This document shows, piece after piece, positions 10,193-18,174 of a stretch of DNA of 38,045 nt. Position 1 is the stretch's first letter; each line of letters starts with the position of its first letter. The DNA lies in IMG/VR virus record IMGVR_UViG_2534681663_000013, positions 1-38,045 of that record, one strand, 5' to 3'. The translations under genes were made by a program, and so were the position numbers. Source of the DNA: a virus. Lineage: Duplodnaviria; Heunggongvirae; Uroviricota; Caudoviricetes. The notes beneath the pieces are model-generated. The model made no database searches, was not told the origin of the DNA, and worked only from the letters and a program-made list of their open reading frames with translations.

Positions 10193-12532
10193 ATGGCAAA
10201 AGGCAAATCCGCACTGGCACTGGCGCTGAAAAAGAAAATCGGCAGCAATGACGAGATTCAGAAGGTCTCCCACTGGATTGACTCCGGTTTCCCTCCACTG
10301 AACAAAGCCATTTCCGGACGTTACGACGGTGGTTTTCCGTGTGGGCGTATCGTTGAAGTCTTCGGGCCACCAAGCGCGGGGAAATGTGTTACCGCAGACA
10401 CCATGCTGCTGACGGAGCGTGGAATGGTAACAGTGAAAGAACTGTTTGAGATTGAGGGGCACAAAGCAACATGCACTACTCGCGATGTAGAGCATAACGT
10501 TGGACTCATCAATGAAAATGGCGTGATAGAGAAGACCTCACACCTGACATGGAACAACCGTCGCAAATTCAAGCGCATTAAGCTGGCATCAGGGGGTTAC
10601 ATCGAGGCTACGTTCCGTCACCCAATTCGTGTGGTTGACGACTTAGGCAATATCGTCTGGCGGTATGCTGAAAAAATCAGTGTAGGCGACACGATTCCTT
10701 CAATGGTTGGCACACATCAATTCGGCGATCAGCACTTGGATGCCAATATCGCAAAACTGATGGGCTATTTAATTGCTGACGGATACGTGGCCTCTGAAAA
10801 TTCTGTGCATGTTTCTAACACAGATCCATTCATCAAGGATGAGTACTACCGCCTCATTTCGCTGGTATCAGACAAGATGCCAGTTACGAGAAAACATAAC
10901 GGCTCGGAAGACCATGTGCTGTTTAGCAAAGAGGGGCGTTCGCTGCTTTTTAAAGAATATGGTCTGGAGTATGAGAAAGCTGCTGGCAAGCAGGTTCCGT
11001 TGAGTGTGCGTCGCGCCAATAGCGAGGCTCAAATTGCATTCCTTCGCGGCTACTTTGAGCTGGAATGCCACGTCAATGATGGTCGCTGCATTGAGGTTGT
11101 GAGCGCGAGTGGGCTGCTGCTACAGCAAATTCGCCTCATGCTCCTGAATCTGGGGATTACGTCAACTATCTCTGAAAAACACGTCGCAGGTTATAAAAAC
11201 ATATATTACCGGCTGTCATTCAGTGGCTCTAACTACGACCTTTTCCTGTCAACGATTGGGTTCGAGTCTCCGGCTCGTTTAGCAGTGGCAACCAAACGGG
11301 ACATTAGTTTTGACCGCACTTATTTAGGCTACGTTCCGCACATCAGCGGCTTAGTGAAATCACTCTACGAGTCACTCACCAAGACCTCTCGTAAAGACTA
11401 CGTTCTGGTAGATCACGTTATTGGCCGCGGCGATCGTGTCGGAATAGACAAACTGCGAGAAATCTATGTCTCCTTCATTGGCAGAAAGAATCGTTTTAAC
11501 GAGCATCTGTTTGCACAACTGGCAGCGGTAATTGACTCTAACTTGTTCTACGACGAAGTCGTGGCTATTGAGGAAGGTGAAGCACCAACGTTCGACGTAG
11601 CGATGCCGGAAACACACTCTTTCTGGTCTAACGGGATTATCAGCCACAACACATTCCTCGCGACGGCTGCGATGGTGTCAGCACAAAAACAGGATGGGCT
11701 GGCCGTATTCCTTGACCACGAAAACAGTTTCGACGTTGGTCTGGCGGTAGCGAACGGACTGAACGCCGACGAAGACGACGGTCAGTGGGTCTACAAACAG
11801 CCGGATACCTTCGAAGACTCCGTAGAGCTGATCGGCACAATCCTCAAGCTGGTGCGCGACGAAGAGCTTATTCCGGAAACAGCCCCTATCTGCATCGTAG
11901 CCGACTCTCTGGCGTCGAGGGTTCCGAACTCGAAGGCTGAGAAGTTCGACAAGATGGCAGAAGGCACTGCGAAGGACAAAGATCAGCTGAACATGAACGA
12001 CAACACGGAGCTGGCGCGCGCGACAAGTGCGAACTTCCCTACTCTGGCGCTTTGGGCGCGTAAGTACAACGCGTGCATCATCTTCTTGAACCAGGTGCGT
12101 ACCAAAATTGGTGTGATGTTTGGCGATCCGACTACGTCTCCGGGTGGCGACTCTCCGAAGTTCTACGCGTCGGTGCGCATCCGTCTGGGTGCATCCGTCA
12201 TGAAGGATGGCAAAGAGAAGATCGGACAGGACGTTGGCGCCGAGTGCATTAAAAACAAAGTCGCGCCTCCGTTTGGCAAATGCTCATGGAAATTCTACTT
12301 CGACCCGACTCGCGGGCTGGACGTCGTCGAGTCTCTGGTTGAATACATGCTGGAGGAAGGATACCTGCCCAAGAGCGCCAGCGGGCGTGTGGAAATTGGC
12401 GAGAAGAAATACACCAAATCACAGATCGTCGAGATGTATCGGGAGAAGCCATTAGCTGAAATCATTGCTGCGTTACAGGCAATAGATGACAGGCGCGAGA
12501 AGACATCACCGACAGATGAATTAGAAGATTAA
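10193..12532 (+). CDS. recA: RecA/UvsX-family recombinase precursor containing an intein
   Basis: N-extein ends GPPSAGK, C-extein starts TFLATAAMV and continues with a RecA-like core. The exteins sum to ~357 aa. Confidence 0.85.
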   Translation: MAKGKSALALALKKKIGSNDEIQKVSHWIDSGFPPLNKAISGRYDGGFPCGRIVEVFGPPSAGKCVTADTMLLTERGMVTVKELFEIEGHKATCTTRDVEHNVGLINENGVIEKTSHLTWNNRRKFKRIKLASGGYIEATFRHPIRVVDDLGNIVWRYAEKISVGDTIPSMVGTHQFGDQHLDANIAKLMGYLIADGYVASENSVHVSNTDPFIKDEYYRLISLVSDKMPVTRKHNGSEDHVLFSKEGRSLLFKEYGLEYEKAAGKQVPLSVRRANSEAQIAFLRGYFELECHVNDGRCIEVVSASGLLLQQIRLMLLNLGITSTISEKHVAGYKNIYYRLSFSGSNYDLFLSTIGFESPARLAVATKRDISFDRTYLGYVPHISGLVKSLYESLTKTSRKDYVLVDHVIGRGDRVGIDKLREIYVSFIGRKNRFNEHLFAQLAAVIDSNLFYDEVVAIEEGEAPTFDVAMPETHSFWSNGIISHNTFLATAAMVSAQKQDGLAVFLDHENSFDVGLAVANGLNADEDDGQWVYKQPDTFEDSVELIGTILKLVRDEELIPETAPICIVADSLASRVPNSKAEKFDKMAEGTAKDKDQLNMNDNTELARATSANFPTLALWARKYNACIIFLNQVRTKIGVMFGDPTTSPGGDSPKFYASVRIRLGASVMKDGKEKIGQDVGAECIKNKVAPPFGKCSWKFYFDPTRGLDVVESLVEYMLEEGYLPKSASGRVEIGEKKYTKSQIVEMYREKPLAEIIAALQAIDDRREKTSPTDELED
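10385..11650 (+). other. Intein (422 aa) with LAGLIDADG homing-endonuclease domain, inserted between Lys and Thr of the RecA Walker A motif
   Basis: Begins with Cys (CVTADTML), TxxH block (ATFRHP), LAGLIDADG blocks (LMGYLIADGYV, LRGYFELECHV), ends ...GIISHN followed by Thr. Confidence 0.8.
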
Positions 12533-12538
12533 TTTTCA

Positions 12539-12562
12539 GGCGTCCGAATGGACGCCTTTATA
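12539..12562 (+). terminator. Rho-independent terminator after recA (GGCGTCCGAATGGACGCC + TTTAT)
   Basis: Perfect 7-bp stem hairpin followed by a T-rich tract. Confidence 0.6.
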
Positions 12563-12622
12563 CCTTGAAAATATATAAGCACTTACTTACCATCTACACA
12601 CAATAGCCACATAGGAAAACAC

Positions 12623-12823
12623 ATGATCAAACTCTATCTGATGGCAGTGGCTACAGGTATATCTGTAGTTTTCATCTACTGTTTGCTGGTTCCGTCGCTG
12701 ATCTCGGCTAAAAGCGATATTGCCGTAATGCTTGGAATCATTGTTGCTTTTGGCGCTCCTGTTATCGGCTTTAATGTTGGTCGTAACTTTCTGAAGTCAC
12801 TAATTAATTCGAAGGGGAAGTAA
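12623..12823 (+). CDS. Small hydrophobic (2-TM) membrane protein
   Basis: 66 aa with two hydrophobic stretches. RBS AGGAAAACAC-ATG. Confidence 0.5.
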   Translation: MIKLYLMAVATGISVVFIYCLLVPSLISAKSDIAVMLGIIVAFGAPVIGFNVGRNFLKSLINSKGK

Positions 12824-12826
12824 GTA

Positions 12827-13018
12827 ATGAAGAAAGGTTTACTGGCAGTGATCGTGGCTGCTGTTTGCACAATGGGTCTTACAGGCTGCGATCGTGTTGA
12901 GCCTGGGTACGTTGGCATCAAAGTAAACAAATTGGGTGAAGACAAAGGTATCGGTGAAGTTGTCGGCGTTGGCCGTCAGTGGACTGGTCTGAATACCGAG
13001 CTGTACACCTCTCTTTAA
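12827..13018 (+). CDS. Small lipoprotein (signal peptide + lipobox LTGC); possibly a 3'-truncated gene
   Basis: MKKGLLAVIVAAVCTMGLTGC signal peptide and lipobox. The ORF ends at the edge of the low-GC island. Confidence 0.5.
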   Translation: MKKGLLAVIVAAVCTMGLTGCDRVEPGYVGIKVNKLGEDKGIGEVVGVGRQWTGLNTELYTSL

Positions 13019-13046
13019 GTCATCTTAAATGACTCTGAGGTGTCTG

Positions 13047-13088
13047 TTAAACCTGTGGCGATTCAGTCTATTAAACCTGTGGCGATTC
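13047..13088. repeat. Direct repeat 2 x TAAACCTGTGGCGATTCA separated by 6 bp
   Basis: Two 18-bp copies at 13047-13064 and 13071-13088, at the left edge of the R-M island upstream of hsdM. Confidence 0.7.
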
Positions 13089-13250
13089 ACTTTATGGTGT
13101 CATAAACTTAAATCTAGCGCCGGGTAGAACAAGTTAATCGAACGATGTAGCGGCCATTTAGGCGTTACAGAAAGAACAGAATTTTAAATTTATAGTGAAG
13201 CCGTTGCAGCAACTTTGTGGGGTGCAACCAACACTGAACAGGAAAAGAAA

Positions 13251-15680
13251 ATGGATCATAGTGTACATAACAAGCTCATCTCATTTATATGGAACATTGC
13301 CGACGACTGTTTACGTGATGTGTACGTTCGCGGTAAGTACCGCGATGTGATTTTACCTATGGTGGTATTACGACGTTTAGATACGTTACTTGAACCCACC
13401 AAAGAAGCCGTGCTTGAAGAGGTCAAGTTCCAAAAAGAAGAGATGCAAGCCACGGAGCTTGATGATGAACCATTGAAGGCGGCTAGTGGTTATGTTTTTT
13501 ACAATACATCTAAATGGACCCTGAAATCCCTGTTCAATACCGCAACGAATAACCAACAGATATTACTCGCCAACTTTGAAGAGTACCTGCTTGGCTTTAG
13601 CGATAATGTTAAAGAAATCATTGAATGCTTTAACCTCAAGTCGCAAATTCGTCACATGGCCTCAAAGCAAGTCCTTCTTGATGTCGTCGAAAAGTTTGTT
13701 TCCCCTTACATCAACTTAACTCATGAAACGGTCGAAGACCCAGATGGCAACAAGATGCCAGCCCTTACTAACCTGGGTATGGGGTACGTGTTCGAAGAGT
13801 TGATCCGTAAGTTCAACGAGGAGAATAACGAAGAAGCCGGTGAGCACTTTACACCTAGGGAAGTGATTGAGCTGATGACACACTTGGTTTTTGACCCAGT
13901 GAAAGAGCAGCTACCATTGACCATGACCGTTTACGACCCTGCGTGTGGTAGCGGTGGTATGCTCACTGAATCTCAAAACTTCATTGAAGAGAAATACCCG
14001 AACGACAGCCGAGATATTTACCTTTACGGCAAAGAGATCAATGACGAGACCTACGCGATTTGTAAATCGGACATGATGATCAAAGGTAACAACCCTGAGA
14101 ACATCAAGGTAGGCTCAACCTTGTCTACCGACGAGTTTGCGGCTTCACGCTTTGACTTTATGTTGTCTACCCCGCCATACGGTAAGAGTTGGGCGTCTGA
14201 ACAGAAGTACATTAAAGACGGCAGTGATGTGATTGACCCGCGTTTTAAGGTTAGCCTGAAAGACTATTGGGGAAATCTCGAAGTGGTGGATGCCACGCCA
14301 CGTTCGAGTGATGGCCAGCTGCTTTTCTTAATGGAAATGGTCAACAAGATGAAAGATCCGAGCGTAAGTCCATTAGGCAGCCGGATTGCCTCTGTTCATA
14401 ACGGCTCATCGCTCTTTACCGGTGATGCGGGCGGTGGCGAAAGTAATATTCGTCGCTTCATCATTGAAAACGACATGCTAGATGCCATCGTTCAGTTACC
14501 TAATAACCTGTTCTATAACACTGGCATTACCACTTACATTTGGGTGTTGAGCAACAATAAACCTGAGGCGCGTAAAGGTAAGGTGCAATTAATTGATGCC
14601 AGCTTGCTCTACCGTAAGTTGCGCAAGAACTTAGGTAACAAAAACTGCGAATTTGCGCCTGAGCACATCACGGAAATTACCGATACTTACCTCGCGTGTA
14701 AGGATGTTGAAAGAGCACTGGATGCAAACAATGATCCTGTTGGCATCGCCAGTAAGGTATTCAGCAATGACGATTTTGGCTACTACAAAGTCACTATCGA
14801 GCGCCCAGATCGCCGCAAAGCCAAGTTTACTCAAGATGCCATAGCCCCACTGCGTTTTGATAAGCAACTTAGTGAAGTGATGGAGTACGTGTACGCAGAG
14901 CACGGCGAACGTGTTTACGAAAAAACTGGCTACGGGTCAGATCAGAAAAAGAGCTTCTTAAAATCCATCGAGAAAGACATTATTTCTTGGTGTGAAGATA
15001 ACGACATCAGTCTCAATGCTAAGGCTAAGGCCAAACTGCTTGATGTGAAACACTGGCTGGCGCTAAAAGCATTGCTTGAAACTGCACAAACGCTGATGGC
15101 TGACATCGGTAGCATTGAATTTGATGACTTCAATAGCTTTAAAACCCAAGTTGATAAATCGCTAAAAGCCCATGCTATTAAGCTTTCAGCACCTGAGAAA
15201 AATGCCATTCTTCACGCGGTGAGCTGGTATGACGAAACCGCCAAGAAAGTGGTTAAAAAGGTAGTTAAATTAACAGGTGATAAATTAAACGACCTGCTGG
15301 AGCGCTATGAGTGTGAAGTCGCTGACTTGCCAGATTTTGGTTATTACCCCGTTCCTTCAGCAGAAGGCGGTAAAAAAGGCGAGTATATCACTTACGAGAC
15401 CAATTCAGACCTGCGAGATACAGAATCTGTTCCATTAAAGCAAAGCATTTACCAGTACTTCCTAGATGAAGTGAAGCCTCATGTCGATGAAGCATGGATA
15501 AACCTAGATACGGTAAAAATTGGCTATGAAATCAGCTTCAATAAGTATTTCTACCGTCATAAACCGCTGCGTAGTTTAGAAGAGGTCACAACCGACATTA
15601 TCAACCTAGAACAAAAAGCCGAAGGTCTTATTGCGCAGATATTGGGTGTGAACGTGACGGAAGTTCAGGGAGAAGCCTAA
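13251..15680 (+). CDS. hsdM: Type I restriction-modification methyltransferase subunit HsdM (long form, ~810 aa)
   Basis: AdoMet motif YDPACGSGGML, catalytic TPPYG motif, and the conserved HsdM C-terminal segment (LPNNLFYNTGITTYIWVL). Start taken as ATG 13251 with RBS AGGAAAAGAAA. Confidence 0.85.
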   Translation: MDHSVHNKLISFIWNIADDCLRDVYVRGKYRDVILPMVVLRRLDTLLEPTKEAVLEEVKFQKEEMQATELDDEPLKAASGYVFYNTSKWTLKSLFNTATNNQQILLANFEEYLLGFSDNVKEIIECFNLKSQIRHMASKQVLLDVVEKFVSPYINLTHETVEDPDGNKMPALTNLGMGYVFEELIRKFNEENNEEAGEHFTPREVIELMTHLVFDPVKEQLPLTMTVYDPACGSGGMLTESQNFIEEKYPNDSRDIYLYGKEINDETYAICKSDMMIKGNNPENIKVGSTLSTDEFAASRFDFMLSTPPYGKSWASEQKYIKDGSDVIDPRFKVSLKDYWGNLEVVDATPRSSDGQLLFLMEMVNKMKDPSVSPLGSRIASVHNGSSLFTGDAGGGESNIRRFIIENDMLDAIVQLPNNLFYNTGITTYIWVLSNNKPEARKGKVQLIDASLLYRKLRKNLGNKNCEFAPEHITEITDTYLACKDVERALDANNDPVGIASKVFSNDDFGYYKVTIERPDRRKAKFTQDAIAPLRFDKQLSEVMEYVYAEHGERVYEKTGYGSDQKKSFLKSIEKDIISWCEDNDISLNAKAKAKLLDVKHWLALKALLETAQTLMADIGSIEFDDFNSFKTQVDKSLKAHAIKLSAPEKNAILHAVSWYDETAKKVVKKVVKLTGDKLNDLLERYECEVADLPDFGYYPVPSAEGGKKGEYITYETNSDLRDTESVPLKQSIYQYFLDEVKPHVDEAWINLDTVKIGYEISFNKYFYRHKPLRSLEEVTTDIINLEQKAEGLIAQILGVNVTEVQGEA

Positions 15681-16987
15681 TGGAAAGTTTAGCTTTGATG
15701 CCGAAGTATGAGGCTTATAAAGATTCTCAGGTTCAATGGATAGGTGATATACCAGCCAACTGGCATCTGGAAAAGGCTAAGTGGCTGTTTTATAAAGCAG
15801 ATAGAAAGCCTCTCGTTGATGATGATATCGTCACTTGTTTCCGAGATGGGCAAGTTACGTTGAGAAAAAACAGAAGGACTGAGGGGTTTACTAATGCTTT
15901 AAAAGAGCATGGTTATCAGCGTATTTGTAAAGGGGACTTAGTTATCCATGCAATGGATGCCTTTGCAGGAGCGATAGGTGTCTCTGATTCTGATGGAAAA
16001 TCAACACCAGTATATGCAGCATGCGTCCCAAGAAAGATAGGCAAAGTTAATTCATATTATTATGCCTACTATATGCGTGATTTGGCTCTGTCAGGCTTCA
16101 TTGTGTCGCTTGCGAAAGGAATTAGAGAGCGCTCAACAGATTTTCGGTTTAATGATTTTGCAGAATTATTATTACCGTTTCCGGATTATGAAGAGCAAAC
16201 CCTAATAGCCAACTTCCTCGACAAGAAAACCGCTCTAATCGACGAAGCGATTTCGATCAAAGAGCAGCAAATTAGCCTGCTGAAAGAGCGTAAGCAGATC
16301 ATCATCCAACAGGCGGTGACCCAAGGGCTTGATCCCAATGTGCCAATGAAAGACTCCGGTGTGGATTGGATTGGTAAGATTCCAGCGCATTGGGATATTG
16401 TGCCAGGATTTACAGTATTTAAAGAGGGAAAAGACTCGAACAAAGGGATGATTGAATCACAAGTTTTATCTCTCAGTTATGGAAATGTTATTATAAAACC
16501 AGAGGAGAAATTGGTTGGGCTTGTACCTGAGTCTTTTGAAACGTATCAAATAGCTTTACCTGGCGACATCATAATACGTTGTACAGACTTGCAAAATGAC
16601 AAAACGAGCTTGAGAACGGGGATAGTGCGGAATAAAGGAATTATAACTAGTGCTTACCTTAACTTACGGTTGAAAACGGAACATTCAGCTGAATTTATGC
16701 ATTATTTTCTTCATGTATTAGATATAACTAAAACTATATATCGTTTTGGTTCTGGGCTGAGACAAAACTTGAGTTATAAAGATTTTAAGCATATGAGAAT
16801 ATTGATGCCTCCTAAAGCAGAGCAAATTGAAATAGTAAATTACATCAATAATCAAGTAGAAATGACTGAGTCATCTATTGATCTGATTAAAAATAAAATA
16901 GAAAAACTAAAAGAATATAAAACCACCCTGATCAACAGCGCCGTGACAGGAAAAATAAAAATCACCCCAGAAATGGTTGAGCAATAG
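15680..16987 (+). CDS. hsdS: Type I R-M specificity subunit HsdS (two target-recognition domains)
   Basis: Duplicated conserved HsdS segments (PDYEEQTLIANFLDKKTALIDEAI and PPKAEQIEIVNYINNQVE). Start overlaps the hsdM stop (TAATGG). Confidence 0.85.
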   Translation: MESLALMPKYEAYKDSQVQWIGDIPANWHLEKAKWLFYKADRKPLVDDDIVTCFRDGQVTLRKNRRTEGFTNALKEHGYQRICKGDLVIHAMDAFAGAIGVSDSDGKSTPVYAACVPRKIGKVNSYYYAYYMRDLALSGFIVSLAKGIRERSTDFRFNDFAELLLPFPDYEEQTLIANFLDKKTALIDEAISIKEQQISLLKERKQIIIQQAVTQGLDPNVPMKDSGVDWIGKIPAHWDIVPGFTVFKEGKDSNKGMIESQVLSLSYGNVIIKPEEKLVGLVPESFETYQIALPGDIIIRCTDLQNDKTSLRTGIVRNKGIITSAYLNLRLKTEHSAEFMHYFLHVLDITKTIYRFGSGLRQNLSYKDFKHMRILMPPKAEQIEIVNYINNQVEMTESSIDLIKNKIEKLKEYKTTLINSAVTGKIKITPEMVEQ

Positions 16988-16996
16988 GACGCGAAT

Positions 16997-18160
16997 ATGT
17001 TCACGGTAAATCATCAAACCAACAGGATTAGTCCTGTTAGGACAAAGAAGTTCAGTGAGTTGGGCTTTACTGAGCGCAAGCATCTTCAGGAGTGGTTGGC
17101 ACACGAACCTTCCGCATTGGGTGAAGAGTTGTTGATTATTCAAAAAGAGTTCGATGGCTTTGATGACACCCGTGAACGATTAGATTTACTGGCACTGGAT
17201 AAAGATGGCAACTTGGTCATTATTGAAAATAAGCTGGACGACAGTGGCCGAGATGTGGTGTGGCAGGCCCTTAAATATGCCTCTTACTGTGCCAGTTTAA
17301 CCAAAGCACAAATAGTTGACATTTACCAGCAGTACTTAGACCGCTATGAGCCTGTAACAGCAGAGGTTGACCTGTTAAATGCCCCTGCAAGTGCCTCAGC
17401 TAGAATATGTGAGTTTTTGGATGCGCCCGATCTGGATGAGTTAAAGCTCAACCTGGGTAACAGCCAGCGCATTATGTTAGTTGCGGCAAACTTTCGCAAA
17501 GAAGTGACCAGCACCGCGCTGTGGTTATTGGGTCAAGGAATTAGCATTGCCTGCTTCAAAATCACGCCTTATTCACTGGGTGAACAGCTACTGATTAATA
17601 TTGACCAGATCATCCCAACGCCGGAAGCGAAAGAGTTGATGATCGGCATTAATGCCAAGGAAGCGGAAGAAAAAACCACCGAAGTGGTACTAAAAAACCG
17701 CCATACGGTGCGGCGCGAATACTGGGAGCGTGCCTTAGAGGCGTTTCAGAAAAGCGCTTGCCAACTCTATAACAACATTAGCCCAAGCAAAGATCATTGG
17801 TTATCAGCAGGCTCAGGGTTAAGTGGGTGTCCGTATAACCTGATATTTCTGCAAAAAGAGCTTCGAGTAGAGCTTTGGATCAGCCGTGGGGTTACCGAAG
17901 AGAATAAATACCTTTTTGACTTGTTGAGTCAGTCCAAACAGGACATTGAACATACTTTTGGTGCAGAACTTGAGTGGATGAGGCTGGATGAGAAGAAATC
18001 TTGCCGTATTCAGTTTTCGACCAAAGCTGATGGGTTTAACAAAGATACGTGGCCCCAAGCGGTTGCGTGGCACTTAGAGCAGATGACAAAGTTAGAAAAA
18101 GCCTTAAAAGGACCGCTGCAAAAAGCGGCTGAGGCAATGAAACAGAAGAATTTTGATTAA
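16997..18160 (+). CDS. Hypothetical protein with N-terminal PD-(D/E)xK nuclease-like motif, embedded between hsdS and hsdR
   Basis: 387 aa. Motif ...RERLDLLALDKDGNLVIIENKLDD fits the D-x(n)-ExK pattern. Same strand and tight spacing with the hsd genes. Confidence 0.6.
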   Translation: MFTVNHQTNRISPVRTKKFSELGFTERKHLQEWLAHEPSALGEELLIIQKEFDGFDDTRERLDLLALDKDGNLVIIENKLDDSGRDVVWQALKYASYCASLTKAQIVDIYQQYLDRYEPVTAEVDLLNAPASASARICEFLDAPDLDELKLNLGNSQRIMLVAANFRKEVTSTALWLLGQGISIACFKITPYSLGEQLLINIDQIIPTPEAKELMIGINAKEAEEKTTEVVLKNRHTVRREYWERALEAFQKSACQLYNNISPSKDHWLSAGSGLSGCPYNLIFLQKELRVELWISRGVTEENKYLFDLLSQSKQDIEHTFGAELEWMRLDEKKSCRIQFSTKADGFNKDTWPQAVAWHLEQMTKLEKALKGPLQKAAEAMKQKNFD

Positions 18161-18174
18161 GGGAACTTACAATT

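Noticed and set aside
13256-15208. Short minus-strand ORFs inside hsdM
   Set aside because: They are antisense to a gene with clear family motifs.
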